A DNA stretch of 63,068 nucleotides, filler included, from Intoshia linei (GCA_001642005.1; 4 parts of 4 records of this genome joined end to end with filler, not necessarily neighbours in it); one strand, 5' to 3'; counted from the first letter of the whole stretch, positions 26,605 to 40,679 are shown. Program-made: numbers and translations. Notes: generated by a model not told the origin, from the sequence alone.

Positions 26605-27944
26605 ATAAAAATAATATTTTATGTCGTTATTAAAGAAAATTACTCATCAGATGCAATGAATAATTAAATGATTATCAGTTCATTTCATTTTATTTAATTT
26701 TAAAATACAGCATTAGTTTTAATATAATTTTAGTCGACAACTTACATTTCCATTTTTAAAAAGTCATAATTACAGTGAATATACAGAAACTGAATTATAG
26801 ATGCATACCACACATTAGAGCATTTGTCATAAAAAATCAATACATAGTAATTACAAGTAAAACCGATGGGAATTAATATTGTTAATTATCTGATGATTGT
26901 ATTAAATATGTGCATATTGAATTCAAACCGAAACTTTTAATACTTTAAAACAATTTAAAGAAACTAATAATTAATATCAAAACCATATTATAGTGTATTA
27001 AATACTATTATACCTTTAAAATATCCAATTTTGACGACAATGATAAAGAAAAGTTGAAAATTCATTTTTCTTTCAAATATATGTAAATATCATACAATTT
27101 TTCACATTTATATTTAATTAAATATGCATTATCGAGTTAAACATTAAAATTTATAAATGTTAACAAAAACAAAATTACTGAAAAATAAAATAAAATTTGT
27201 TTAATGATAATATCAAAGTGGTTAACGAATGTAGAAATGACAGTATTATTTTAATAAATTTGAGAATTGATTTAAATTATGTATGCTAATGTCCTTTTCC
27301 AAGTCATAATTCATTGCTTGCCTGAAATACATTTATTATTTTTATCATTCTCTTTAATGCTATTGCTGTATTTTTATTTCACTACATAATTTTATAAAAT
27401 TAAACATTTTAAACGCATAAAGCAAATCAAATTATTGATTCCTTTTGATAACAGCAATAATCAAAACACTAATCGTTCAACAAGGTGCTAGTTTCCGGGA
27501 ATGTAATTGTCACTAATATAAATTGAATTGCCAATGTTTATTATAAATTGCCTCAACTTATAAAATAACCAGACTAATTTTTTTAAGCTTTATTAAAAAG
27601 TCCGCAAGCATTTTATCAATTATTAACTTACATGGATGGTATTTTAGTTTTTCAATTTTTAAAATATATGAGATGTATTCTGGATTTATCGGAAAATTAA
27701 GTTTTATTTCAGAGTATTATTGGTATGACTGATTAGATATGTAAGGACAGTTTGACATGTAGATATATCAAATTTTTTTTTTTATCTTAAAATTCAATTA
27801 TACAATGATTTTCCATAAATTTAAAACGTATTAATTACACATTAACAGTGCAATATTAACAATACAAATGAACTACTAAATCAATTTATTTAACCAGAAC
27901 CATGTATTCCTTTTATCTAACCGTTAAGCTTCATTTATATGACG

Positions 27945-28290
27945 AAAAAGTGGACAAAAAGCTGATAAATCATTTACCACATACACATCCATTCATCGAA
28001 TGTCGGATCTATATAACAGAGTTGAATTTAACAACTATGCAAAAACTCTTATTTATTAGAGAAAAACTATTGGAGATGCTGGGTATCTGCAATTTTGAAA
28101 TTTATTGAAACTAAAATTACTGCAATGCAAATTCAATAAAATGAATTTGGTGAAATTATTTGGAATTCTACCAATAAATATCAAGTGTCAGTTCATGAAG
28201 TTGAAATCGACGAGCAGAAGTAACATGTTTTGTCTATATTAGGAGTTCTAGAGAGAATTATTGCTAGGTCTTCCAATATAATGATTAAAA
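27945..28290 (+). pseudogene. Decayed inverted fragment of the Na+/K+-ATPase alpha N-domain coding sequence
   Basis: Aligns to the reverse complement of ~34685-35040 (e.g. AAAAAGCTGATAAATCAT, GAGAAAAACTATTGGAGATGCT, AATAAATATCAAGTGTC, GAGAGAATTAT) with indels and stop codons. Confidence 0.9.
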
Positions 28291-28799
28291 AAAATGGCAG
28301 AAATGAAAATGACCACTTCAAAAAAATTTTTATTTTTTATATTAAGGTCAAAACTAAATCAAATTGGACGGCGAATTTAATTATATCTGAAATCTTTGGA
28401 GACAGATGAATCAATGAATAGCACACAAAAAAAGCAATTTTAAGCGATTTTTTCCAAATTCAAGGAGAATCAGTCGGCATTTATTGCCTTGTAAATATAC
28501 AAAAGTAAAATCTATATATTTATACTCGTAGTGTCTAAGAGTTAAAGATATTTCAAAGCGATTTATTTTTAATTAATTTAATGGCGGGAATTAAAAAATC
28601 ATTTTATTGAATAAATGGTCAGATAGATCAGCCATTCTCAATCCTTTTTCGCTGTGTATCCCTGAGATATTACAAAAAACCTGTGCACGCCAAAAAAAAT
28701 TAATAATAATGACAAATTAGGTTCTTATATTTTATTTTTTCTGGAATTTATGATATTTATGATAATTTTTAGGATTGGACTGTTTTTACTTTATTTTTA

Positions 28800-29062
28800 A
28801 TATTATACACACATTTTGTCTAATAAATTAAAAAAATGGATAAAAATTGTTTATATAATTTTTTACGCAAATGTAAACAAAACAAAATTAAGATGGAATA
28901 ATTCACTTTAAAGTAAAAAGTAAAGTGATATGACGTTTCCACCTGAAACAAGTTTGGAAACTACTTCTTTAAAGAATAGATAATATTTAATAGTAGGATT
29001 TTTAACTTGTTTTTTCAACGTGAATTTATTTTTTTGGTATAATAAAAATGTGCCCTCGGCAA
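28800..29062 (+). mobile_element. Helitron-family near-3' fragment
   Basis: Reverse complement of ~23940-24190, ending at GTGCCCTCGGCA. Confidence 0.65.
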
Positions 29063-29270
29063 GTACAACACTAATAGACTCGAAATTTTGAACCAGTACA
29101 AAAATTATATCATAAAAATCTGAATTTTAAGGCGATCACAATGATATATACATTAGAAACAACTTAAAGGCAGATAATTAATTAATCAAAATTTAAATAT
29201 AATTAATTATCAACATACATGTAGTTATACATCTTATCTTATTATTATAATGCAAAGTGTATAATTTATT

Positions 29271-29424
29271 GGGTGCACGTTAATAATCGCGACCATCAAA
29301 ATAGAGATCATCATAACAGCAATGTTAATAACAGCGACTATAGTAATAGAGACCGTTTAAAACAGCGATTATTAGAAAAAGCATCATAACAGCGATTATT
29401 GTAGAAGGTATCATAATGGCGCCC
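29271..29424. repeat. Short degenerate ~15-bp tandem array (ATAACAGCGA-like) between GGGTGC / GCGCCC ends
   Basis: Repeated TAACAGCGA / AATAGAGA units. Confidence 0.5.
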
Positions 29425-29766
29425 AAGGATTGGAAATAATTGATTGCAATCAATTATTTTGAATAAACCAATTAATTGAAAAATAAAAATATAATTTTAA
29501 ATTAATTGATTTTTTCATATAACTAAAAAATAGTGATTGTGATTTCCAGGGAAATGACAAAAGTCGAGGAAAACCGGAAAATTAAAAATTAAATTTCCGG
29601 GTCCCGGCAATTTCCAGAGATAAATAAAAATTTTTTATTCATATATAATATAGAAGCATTAAAAATTTTAGAGACCTTAATTAATTTTAATAACAAAAAA
29701 AAATTTAATTAATGAAATCACACAAATATAGATTGAAATTAACAAATTTAATTAGAACTAATTTTT

Positions 29767-29970
29767 TTATTTTAGATTGTTAAAAAAGTGTTTTAAAACA
29801 CCCATAATATCGAGATATTCGTCATTTAAACGCGTTCTACGTTTTGTAACGAAATTAGAAGCTGTAGAGAAATTTATTTTATTTTGTGTTGACGTAGGTT
29901 GAACGATGATACAGGATTCCTTTAATTTTAACAATCTTGATGATAGCGTTCCAGTTCGTAACAACTCATA
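29767..29970 (-). mobile_element. hAT transposase C-terminal (dimerisation) remnant
   Basis: VQPTSTQNKINFSTASNFVTKRRTRLNDEYLDIMGVLKHFF resembles PPTSVxSERxFSxAGxFVTKxRSRLxD. Confidence 0.7.
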
Positions 29971-30004
29971 ATATTTTTCAAACTAATATTGCAATTGTCT
30001 ATTA

Positions 30005-30417
30005 CAGTCAAAATCTCATTTAACGAATGTTTTGTTTAACGAATATTTTATTTAACAAACGTTAAAATTTTATTTTCTATATAAATGCCTAAATATCTGG
30101 TATTTAACGAATTTCTGATTAACGAACGCGTAAATTCAATATTATTTAATTTTTTTAGTAGTTTTTTTAAATATTATTATGGTTTTATGGCTTCAAAATT
30201 TAAATTTAATTTTAGATAATTAATAATAATAATTTTAATAATGAAATTATTTAAATTAAATATTAGATCGACTCTTTTTTGAAGTCTTGAAGTTATGGAA
30301 TCTTTTTATACAATAAAAAGTTTAATTATTAGTTCATATTAAATATAATTTTGATAAACTTAAGACATGTGTGCAGCAGCACATTTCTAATATTTTCGTT
30401 AAATGAGATTTTGACTG
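30005..30417. mobile_element. Tigger/pogo-type MITE ~180 bp upstream of BCS1L
   Basis: Perfect 23-bp TIRs CAGTCAAAATCTCATTTAACGAA ... TTCGTTAAATGAGATTTTGACTG flanked by TA on both sides. Confidence 0.9.
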
Positions 30418-30530
30418 TATATCTTAAAAAATACCCTATACTTGAACACAAAGTATGATTTGTTATATCATTTTCAAAAAATAGTGAAACCTATAATTTT
30501 TATTTTTTGATAATATTGTCTCACAATGAC

Positions 30531-30549
30531 CAGAATGGCTGACATCAAT
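30531..30549 (+). promoter_or_regulatory. Candidate upstream motif CAGAATGGCTnnCATCAAT (copy before BCS1L)
   Basis: 17/19 identical to 51833-51851, which lies upstream of the EHD gene. Confidence 0.3.
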
Positions 30550-30596
30550 ACGAAATAAATATTAGTTTAAACTGTGTTATGTCAGAAAATGGATAA

Positions 30597-32095
30597 ATGG
30601 AATTCTTCAATAAAGCTTTTTCGTCACTCCAAGATAACGAATTCTTTGGTGCGGGTGCAGGATTATTTACAATTGGACTAGGTTGGAAGTTTTTAAAGCA
30701 AGGTGGACGAGCTGCTAAAATTTTGGCACATCGATATTTGGTGACATCAATTGAGATTTCAAGCCGAGATAGAAGTTACAAATGGCTTCTAGAATGGCTA
30801 ACAAATAATGGAATTGGTCGAAAACCACAACATTTGAGTGTAGAAACAAACTTATCCTTGAATAGCACGGGTAAAATAAACGGTCAGTTTAAATTTATTC
30901 CTGGACCAGGCAATCATATTTTTTATTATTCAGGAAAATTTATTCGTGTAGAAAGAATACGTGAAAATACTCCTATTACAGCAGGTTCATCTTTTGATGG
31001 CATTAGTCGATCCAATTCAAACTTAAACAACGGACTAAGTCCTTCTCCATTTGAAATTGTGAAATTGACTACTATTGGAAAAGACGATACTTTTTTTAAA
31101 AATATTTTGAAAAATTCCATGAGCAATGCCATAGATTTTGATCAAAATGTAACTATTTTTTATATTCCTGCTACAAGTGACTGGAGGCAGTTTGGAAACC
31201 CAAAAAGACGTCGGTCTCTTGATTCCGTTGTGTTGGATAAGGGAATTTCAAATGATATTCTTGAGGATGTTACTGATTTTATTAAAAACAGAGAATGGTA
31301 TCAAAATCGAGGAATTCCGTATAGACGTGGATATTTATTACATGGCCCTCCTGGCGTAGGCAAATCTAGCTTTATTTCGGCTTTAGCTGGTATATATTAT
31401 ACATTAAATTGATGATATAATTTAAGGTCACCTTGAATACAGTATCTGCATTTTGAACATTGGTGATCGAGGGCTAACTGATGAGAGGTTACATCATTTG
31501 TTAAATGTGGTTCCCGATCAAAGTATCATTTTACTTGAAGATATCGATGTTGCTTTCAATTCCAGATCCGATAAAAGTGGTATATTTTTAACATTTTATG
31601 CACATTGTAAAATGTATTGTATTCATTTTTCAAGATCAATCTTATATGCAAAGATTGACAATGAGTGGACTGTTAAATGCATTAGATGGAGTTGCTTCTT
31701 CTGAAGGTCGGCTTATTTTTATGACTACCAATTATGTTGAAAGGTATACGTTTTGTTAAAATTAGGGTGTATGTTGAAATTTTCACAGCTATATCATATT
31801 AATTATACATTTACATTTAATAGTTGTATATTGGTTTAGATTGGATGAAGCCATAATTCGACCAGGACGAGTTGATTCTAAATACCTTATTGGAAATTGT
31901 TCCAGTTTTCAAATTTTACAAATGTATATGAAATTTTATCCAAAAGAACCCGAACATTTATCTAGAATTTTTTTGGACAAATTAAGCAAACAACTTGACG
32001 GGTGTATATCTCCTGCGCAACTTCAAGGATATTTTATGCTGTATAAAGATAATGGTCAAGCTGCCATTGATAATATTCCTACCTATTTCAAATAA
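30597..32095 (+). CDS. BCS1L: Mitochondrial AAA chaperone BCS1
   Basis: [58 protein letters not shown] (Walker A), IILLEDID (Walker B), [22 protein letters not shown]; exons 30597-31389, 31427-31579, 31635-31743, 31840-32095. Confidence 0.97.
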
Positions 32096-32224
32096 TTATT
32101 TCACATCAATTTTTAAATGTACTGTAAATATTTTATCTGACTACTTTAGTTCTTTTTTCGTTTGAGACGATTTGGATTGAAATATTTGTTGAATAATGAT
32201 GAATAATTAAATAAATGGTTGATA

Positions 32225-32840
32225 CTATATTAAAAATTATTTTTCACCGGGAATGCATAGATTTCTGGGGTTCAATTTTGTATTTATATCAAATGGAATA
32301 AGCTCTATCAGAATAATATTTTTTTTAATTTTTGGACCATTAATAATTTTAAATTTTTTGTTTTAATAAAATAGTTTCGAAAAAAATATGAATACTAAAA
32401 TGCTTTTTTGACCGTGAAGTCGTCACTTATTCGGATTTAAATTTTTGTGTGTGTTAACAGGAGACAACTGTACAACCTGTAAATTTTTTTAAATTCTAGG
32501 GCTGTTTTCATTAAAAAAGAAGGGTAATTTGGGGGTTTTGGCTCCTGAAGATATTTTTTTTAAATTTAAATTCATTATAATGTTTATGATTTTAAAATCT
32601 GTATCAGCGTATATAATATTTTTAAATTCTCCAACTTGTTTAATTTTCAAAAAAAGGGACAACAGGGGTTTTTGACCCGTAAGATGTGAAATTGGGAAAT
32701 TGAAATTTATCTTATTATACGTCCCTGAAAAAACTGTAATTGAAATGTGGTCTTTAAAAAATTCTAAGACTGGTAGTTATTTCAATAAAGTGGTACACAC
32801 ACACAAACAAAAATTGCGTAGCATATTATATAAGTTAGGA
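32225..32840 (-). mobile_element. Helitron-family 5' portion between BCS1L and ATPase 3' ends
   Basis: Highly similar to 48025-48587 and 54755-55151; minus-strand start A|TCCTAACTTATATAATATGC followed by GTTT/GT microsatellite. Confidence 0.7.
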
Positions 32841-33183
32841 TATTTTTCATATACATTTGTATTCAGCTTCATTTCGTCCAATAGTGTTCAATTTTGTTAA
32901 TAAATTCGTAGTGTAACGCAAAGAGTTTCCATTTCCAATCATTTATAATACTCCACATATTTATTTTATTTACAGTTAACATTTCTATTGACGATATTCC
33001 TTCAAATATGCCAATTTTAGGCACTTATTCGATTTTTAGATAGTATAAGTAATAGTTATAATTTATTAAAAAGAATATTGAAAATAAATAAAAAAGGAAT
33101 TAAGAATAAATTATATTTGTGTAATTTCAATAAACTATGATAATGAAAATTAACATGATTTAACAAAGATGTAAATTTTCGGG

Positions 33184-36100
33184 TTAATAAAATGTTTCCT
33201 TTTCAATCCAACTTCCAGGGTACTTGCGCAAAATTCCTTTTCTGGTTTCGTCATAAACAAATATTAAAGCAGAAAACGGTAATGCCAAAAACCACCAATA
33301 ATATTGAAGTGGATACATTTTGAGAATACTTCCCATTCCGGGAGTATATGAAAGCAAGGCTGCAAGAGCCGTTTCGAAAAATAAAGCAAATACCAAATGA
33401 TAATTTCGCATACCTTGTTGAATTATTGAATTTCTTCTAGTTTTACAAATCATTAAATCTGCCCATTGGACAACAACAATAGAAACAAAAAATGCAGTGT
33501 GGCAGGTATATTCCAAAACCTTTCGTTGAGAATACGTCCATTCTTGTCCATAAAAATCAGTCAAATCATTAACGTATTTATCATCCCAATCTGCTCTCAG
33601 ATTAAAAAGCATGCGTGGCATAAATCCATTGTGAGCCATTATTACAAAATATGCAAAAAAACCTGAAACAGCTTGAATAAAACCAATCTGACCATATGTC
33701 ATGGATATAAGTCGGCTATTCACCAATCGATCTTTTTTGGGGTTACGTGGTCGACGTTTCATAATATCCGATTCAGCTTTTTCGTAAGCCATGGAAATTG
33801 CTGGAACCATGTCGGTTCCAAGGTCTATACATAATATAGTTATTGTGCCCAATGGAAGTGGAACACTAAACAAAATAAAAACGAGAAACGGAGTAATCTC
33901 GGGGATGTTACTTGTAAGCGTATATGCTATTGACTTTTTTAGATTGTCAAAAATTAACCGTCCTTCTTCAATGCCCGTCACAATAGAGGCAAAATTATCG
34001 TCCAATAAAATCATATCGGCTGCTTGTTTGCTTACGTCACTTCCAGATATACCCATAGCTACTCCAATGTCCGCTTTCTTTAGAGCAGGTGAATCATTGA
34101 CACCATCTCCCGTGACAGCAACAATATCCCCACGTCTCTGGACTCCTTCGACAATCATCAGCTTTTGCTGAGGTGACGTTCTAGCAAACACAATTTCTGA
34201 GTGGATTTCCAAAATATAATCCAAATGACTAGTTTCCATATTTTTTAAATCGGACCCGTGAACAACAGCCGCTTTACACCTTCTCGGGTCAATATCATCT
34301 GGCTTACAGCCCTCCCTTTCCGCAATGTCGTCGACAGTCTCACTATCTGGAGATATGATGCCAACAACTTTAGCAATCGCTTTAGCAGTAATGGGATGAT
34401 CTCCTGTAACCATAATAACTTTAACTCCAGCAGATCTGCATTTTTGAACCGCTGCTGGGACCGCAGAACGTGGAGGATCAATTAGAGAGATTAAACCAAC
34501 AAAGGTTAGACCTTCCAAGGGGAAATTGACATCATCTCCATTATAAACAAAACTGTCGTTATATTTATCCTTGGGCAAAATATATTCACAAAACCCTAGC
34601 ACCCTTTCTCCCATTCCCCCTAATTCCAAATATGCCGAGTCATATTTTTTTAACCAAACTTGGTCAAAATCAAGCAATTTTCCTTTAATCATGATATTAG
34701 AACACCTAGCGATAATTCTCTCTGGAGCTCCTTTCATAACCAAAACATGTTGCTTCTCCCCGTCTATTTCCACTTCGTGGACAGACACTTGATATTTATT
34801 TGTAGAATTGAATGGAATTTCAACAAATTTTTTATTATCTTCTCGAGTTTGCATTGTATTCCCATATTGACTTTCGATAAATTTCAAAATAGCAGATTCC
34901 GAAGCATCTCCAATAGTTTTTCTCTGATAAATAGGAGTGTCTTCTTCGCCTTTGTTAAATTCGGCTCTGTTACATAAAGCCGCCACTCGATGAATGGACG
35001 CCCATGTGGTAGATGATTTATCAGCTTTTTCTCCAACCTGTTCCTCTGAAACGTCCAATTCTTTAATGGAATCATCATACCATAAATGCGCGCAAGACAT
35101 TCTATTTTGCGTGAGAGTGCCAGTTTTATCAGAGCAAATGGTTGATGTTGATCCCAATGTTTCAACCGCTTCCAAATTTTTCACTAAACAATTTTTTTTA
35201 GCCATAGTTCTAGCCGTCAGTGTCAAACAAACCTAAAATATTTACGTTAAAATGTAATTTGTTAATATTTACCGTGACCGTTGCAAGTAATCCTTCTGGA
35301 ACGTTAGCCACGATAATTCCAATCAAAAATATAACAGCATCTAGCCAATGGTAATTCAATATTATCGCAATGATGAAAAAAGAAACTCCTAGAAAAACTG
35401 CCACACCAGTTATAATGTGGATGAAATGGCTCAATTCAATGGCAATTGGGGTTTCACCACTTTTCAAACCTGATGCTAATGATGCTATCCTTCCCATTAC
35501 TGTGTTGTCTCCTGTCAATATAACAATTCCAATACAATCACCTATTGAATAAATGTAAAATTTTACTGTGCAAAAATAATACCTTCAACGGCATTGGTAC
35601 TAAAAAAACCAATATTTTTTGTTTCTAAAGGATTGTCATTGGTACAATCAGGAATTCGTGTCTGTGGTTCAGATTCTCCAGTCAGAGAAGAGTTATCGAC
35701 CTGAAAAATTTAAAATTGATCATTATGTACTATATTAAATATACATGTACTACATGTATATAGCAAAATTATCATTAAACCTTGAATCCATGTGATTTCA
35801 CTATTCTTATATCGGCTGGAATTCGATCTCCAAATTTTACTGCAATTAAATCACCCAAAACTAATTCAACAGCAGGTATTGTACATTTTGTCCCATTACG
35901 TATAACGATCGCGACCTATATTTTTTATCAGTCAATGATTAAAATAAAACGGCAATATTTTTAAAAATTATTCAAATTATGAATAAGAGATTTTTATATA
36001 AATTTTGCATGAAAAATTAATAACTAATTTGTTAAAAAATTCTCGCGATCCACTTGCAATCTGATAATTTCAAAATCACTACATTAGAAATATAAAAAGT

Positions 36101-38294
36101 ACCTGAGGAACCATTTTTTTGAAACTTTCCATAATCTTTGAACTTTTAGATTCTTGGTAATAACTGAAAATTCCGGAGGCTAATACGACAAATACCAAAA
36201 CTCCTCCAAGGTATAACTGTTTTAAAAATGTAAGTTATATAATAAATAAAATGTCTAAAATGTAGATTCTAAATAACACCAAATTTCAAGTTTCAAATGT
36301 TAATGATCAATTTACATATATTATTAATTTATTCAATTAATCTAGAAACAGCTTTAGTCTTAAGACTGGTATCGTGAACCAATTAAATTAAATCACTATT
36401 AAATTTCTCGCTGATGTATTATTCTAATGAAGTGGACTCAAATATTTTCCACCATGGACCACTTGTTACATTAAAATCCCTTTAATCTTGAATACGTCAT
36501 TAAGGTAATATTATCATTTTTTTATTATATATTCCTATATCAAAATATTTATATATCAAAATTTTACATTTACTTTGACATGGTAGCTTCAATGGCGTAA
36601 TTAAAGAAATTATTACTTTCAAACATACTTATGGCGAATTACCACTAACAAACCTACCGTATCCGAGATCTTTCTACCAAGGGATCTCGACGATATTTTT
36701 TTTAAAATTGGGCTTTAATTTACTAAATTGAACATTAAAAAATTCTTGAATATCAACTAATTTGATTGTTAAATTTAAGATGTCAACTCAAGGGTCTTAG
36801 AGAGGTGGATAGAGTTATATGACATTATAATTCGGTTACCTAATTTTTTAAGGAGTTATTTTTCATTTTAGAAGTGGCCACGAGTTTGCTAGGTTCGGTT
36901 CTAGGAACTATTATCAATCGATTAACAAAGTTGTTTTAGTTTCGTTGTTTAATTTCTATTTAAATTTTATTTAAAATGTTTAGAAAATGAGAATTTGAAA
37001 TTTAAAAATTGCGTAGCAATGAAAAAAATTCCGAAGGAATTAATTATATAGATTTTCACCCATATTTATTTATTGGAAATGTGTAGACGTACAATGCACA
37101 TTTAATAATTGCTGCTAAATTGAATTTAACTTTGAAATCAAAATGTAACTTTTGTAAATTTATCAACTTATGTATCTTTATGAAATGTTAATTATCTAAT
37201 GTGCAAAGCACATTGTGCATAAAATTAATATCATTATAATTGTAATTCCATTTTGATTATAATGTCAAAAATTAACTTTTGACCGTCTTAGTAATAACAG
37301 TAAAGATACGAAATGTAATATTTGCAATAATTAATTAAAACTGGTTCTAATTTGGAATCTAAACCGTAACAATGGATGTGACAACCAAGTCAACAGTTAT
37401 CAGTTATATATCGATTAAAGTCAAGGTCGGTTCCTATCCATGGTCTTACAATTGAAATACTTGATCTATCAAAGCAAAATTTCCGTCAATCCCATGTCTA
37501 ATCCACTTCTATAAATGGAATTGCATTATCTTAGATATATTGTAACAAATAAACAGTAATTGATTGATTTAAAATAATTTCAATAAAATGTTACATTTCA
37601 AATATATATTTATGAATATATTCTTAACGAACGACTAAAAATTTACATTAGCTTAATTCATATAAATTTTTAAAAGAAAATGTAATTCAATCTAATAATA
37701 TCGTAAATCTAGATGATTACGAATCGATCTAATTTAAAAATATCGCTTTTATAAAACATTAGAATCACATTTGGTGTAATTTAGAAAAATGCATAACGTA
37801 TCAATAAATATTAAAAATATAAAAAATATTACGTTATCATCAGTGGGGTATTCATCATTGATTTGCATGACGTGTGCAAAAAAACACAGTATTGCTCCAA
37901 CCCACAAAAGAGTTGAAAACCCACCAAAAAGTTGTTTAAGGAATTTAATATATTCGGGAATTTTTTTTGGAGGTGTTAATTCGTTTGGTCCATCTCGGTG
38001 AAGTCTTCGTTTAGCTTCTTCAGACGTTAATCCTTTTTCAACATCTGTTTCAAGACGACGGGTTAATTCTTCCAAAGGTATTTTATGATGATCCTATAAT
38101 AAAATATTGATAAATTCCGCGTAAATTACTATATCCATTTCCTTTTTTAAATCTTGCATATTTTTCTTCTTTTTCTTTTTTTTGAGTGAAAATTTTCCCT
38201 TGGGTTTATCTCCTTTAGGAAGGATAACCACATCTTCTTTCAAATCCTAAAGATATGTTAGCAGTCAAAATTCAAAGTTTTTAATTACCGTCAT
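33184..38294 (-). CDS. ATP1A: Na+/K+-ATPase alpha subunit (P2C ATPase)
   Basis: [40 protein letters not shown]-terminal KETFY; about 8 exons from ATG at 38294 to the long terminal exon 33184-35232. Confidence 0.98.
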
Positions 38295-38879
38295 AAATAA
38301 TTTAAATAAATAATGGTTTTAAGTGGAGATGAATAAAAGAAAATTCAAATTATTGTAAAAAATAGTAGTAACTAGTTTTATTATGTATTGATATTTCTGT
38401 AGCGTTGTTTACTATAAAAAATATGACTACTATTAATGCACTTCGCTGCATAGACATGAATATTGATTTACAGTGAGTATTTCGTACTCATTTACGCTTT
38501 GCTCGTATGGTTGTATTTTTAATGTAATTTTATATTTTGGATTTGATATTTTTATTTGCATTATTTAATCACTAATTAAATTGATAACACAATCTTTTAG
38601 GTCAAGTTTTTCTAAACATTGTTTACTTTTTCAAAAACTATTTACTGCATTTAGTAAAACATGTCAATGGATTATTCCAACTGTAGCACATTATTAATAG
38701 TATTGTCTATTATTAGTAACGTTTCAAAGTTTCTACAGTTACATGGCTGACATTTGATTGATGAATTAAAGCTACAAGCATTTTCAGTCCAGTTTAAGCA
38801 AAACTTTTTTAATAAAATTGATTTTTTTAACATTCTAATAGTCTAAGACCAATTAGCCTGACTATCTCAAAAATATGTC

Positions 38880-39200
38880 ATTAATCTTGTAAATGTTGTT
38901 ACTTTGAAAAAATTAGAAGACAAATAATTGAAAAGATTTCTACTATAAAATTTAATGGTGGAAAATATCATTTGATGGTGGACCAGTTTTAAAAATAAAA
39001 AATTCTGATAAATATTAACTAAACTTGAATTTGAACATACTGATATACTCAAACATGGTGAAATGAGGTGATTGAGTAGTGGAATAATTCTAAAAAGATT
39101 TTTTGAATTGCTAAAAATTTGTAGTAGAAAAAAATATTGATATTCCTGAACTGAGTTAACCTGAATGGATTGAAAAGGTAGAATTTATAGTTGATGTTTT
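38880..39200 (+). mobile_element. Decayed Buster/SPIN-type hAT transposase fragment
   Basis: HTDILKHGEMR*LSSGIILKRFFEL and PEWIEKVEFIVDV resemble YHxxVRWLSxGxxLxRFxEL / WxxxLAFLVD. Confidence 0.65.
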
Positions 39201-39496
39201 TTTCCTTTTCAGTGGTCTTTTATTATTACAGCATCCCGACTTTTTGTATAAAAATTTTTAATTTATGTAAACTGGAAAGAGTTGTACTGAGAGTTGGGGT
39301 TTTTGGTACTCAAGGATTCAATTTGTGAAAATAAAATTTGCGATAAAATTTCACACTCGAGAAACAGTATTATAAATTGTTATTTTTAAAACTATACCTC
39401 TTACTTTCTTATATAAATGGTAACAAACAGACAGACATACATTTTTAGCTAAATTTCTAGGATAAATATTAACAGGTATGTAATATGTACAATAGG

Positions 39497-40503
39497 CAGT
39501 GGCGGATCAAAGGGGGTGCAAAAAGTGCAGTTGCACCCCTTAAATTTTAAAAAAAAATTAATTAATGTTTTGTAAAATAACTGAAAAAGTTTTTAATTTA
39601 TTAAAACAATATAGATGGCTCATAACATTACATGAACAATTGATCATGTGACTTGAGGCCTTTTGTTACATGCAGATCTACAGTGTTTATTTAATGATAA
39701 ATATAATGTATATAAATATGTAGATTCTACATGATCAATTGATCATGTATATGTAATGATGATGTAATTTATCAATTATAGATGTAGACTACATCTACTA
39801 CTCTACTATACAGAGCAAATATAGAGGGATCTGACATTGATACTTTTTTTAAAATTAACATTGTTCCTTTTTTCGATTCTATTTTAGCTGAACTCAGCCT
39901 ACGATTTTTCAGTGGTTCACAGATTTTTTTGAAAAAATTTTTTCTACATCCCACTTATTTTAAAACGAGTCATTTTGAAGATTTGAAAGAATTCGCAGAA
40001 AAATATGAATTATTTTTATTATGTATATCATTAGATGAAGATCTCAAAGCAAAATATACTAAATGGAAAAAAAAGAACTTGATTCAAAGACCACTATCAT
40101 ACAATTAATCGAAAGCTGCAATTCTAATTTTTTTCCAAATATTCATCAACTATCAATTAGTTTGGCAACATAACCAATCACCACATGTGAATGTGAACGC
40201 TCCATTATCATTTTGATAAAAATGAAAACTTTTTTAAGGATTAACAATACCTAGTAATCCTCTATGTGGACTGGCCCTCATGAATTGCTACTATGACTAT
40301 AATTTTCATATTGAAAGTTTGGTTAATGAATTTCCAATACTTCATCCAAGAAGACTGAACCTACTTGATTTAGGATTATTTAATGAATAAAAATAATTAA
40401 TTAATTAAATTTTAATCATTTTTTTTATTTTTAAATTTATCTAAAATAAATTTCTTGATATTGAAATTGCACCCCATTAACTAGCCTCTTGGATCCGCTC
40501 CTG
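39497..40503 (+). mobile_element. hAT (Tip100/THAP12-like) deletion derivative
   Basis: TIRs CAGTGGCGGATC ... GATCCGCTCCTG; subterminal TTGCACCCC motifs; remnant FFPNIHQL...PITTCECERS...GLALMN...HPRRL. Confidence 0.8.
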
Positions 40504-40558
40504 ATAGGGGTGTGAATTTTTTCACTTTTTTGCGAAAATACAAAAGTGCCACCCCATA

Positions 40559-40658
40559 NNNNNNNNNNNNNNNNNNNNNNNNNNNNNNNNNNNNNNNNNN
40601 NNTTAATTAATTAANNNNNNNNNNNNNNNNNNNNNNNNNNNNNNNNNNNNNNNNNNNN
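40559..40658. other. Assembly spacer: 44 N + TTAATTAATTAA + 44 N
   Basis: Same structure as 11134-11233. Confidence 0.97.
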
Positions 40659-40679
40659 TAATATTATCATTCACAACAT

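Noticed and set aside
27902-28108. 68-aa ORF as a real gene
   Set aside because: It is an off-frame reading of the ATPase pseudogene fragment and mirrors shadow ORF 34884-35165.
29271-29424. CRISPR-like array
   Set aside because: The units are degenerate, ~15 bp, lack unique spacers, have no cas genes nearby, and the context is eukaryotic.
33466-35964. Many plus-strand and alternate-frame ORFs over the ATPase (and similar ones over BCS1L, DNAJC8, EHD and the lectin genes)
   Set aside because: They are shadow ORFs of real coding sequence with no independent motifs.
36650-37540. Possible decayed TE coding sequence in the large ATPase intron
   Set aside because: Translations gave no motif I could assign with confidence.
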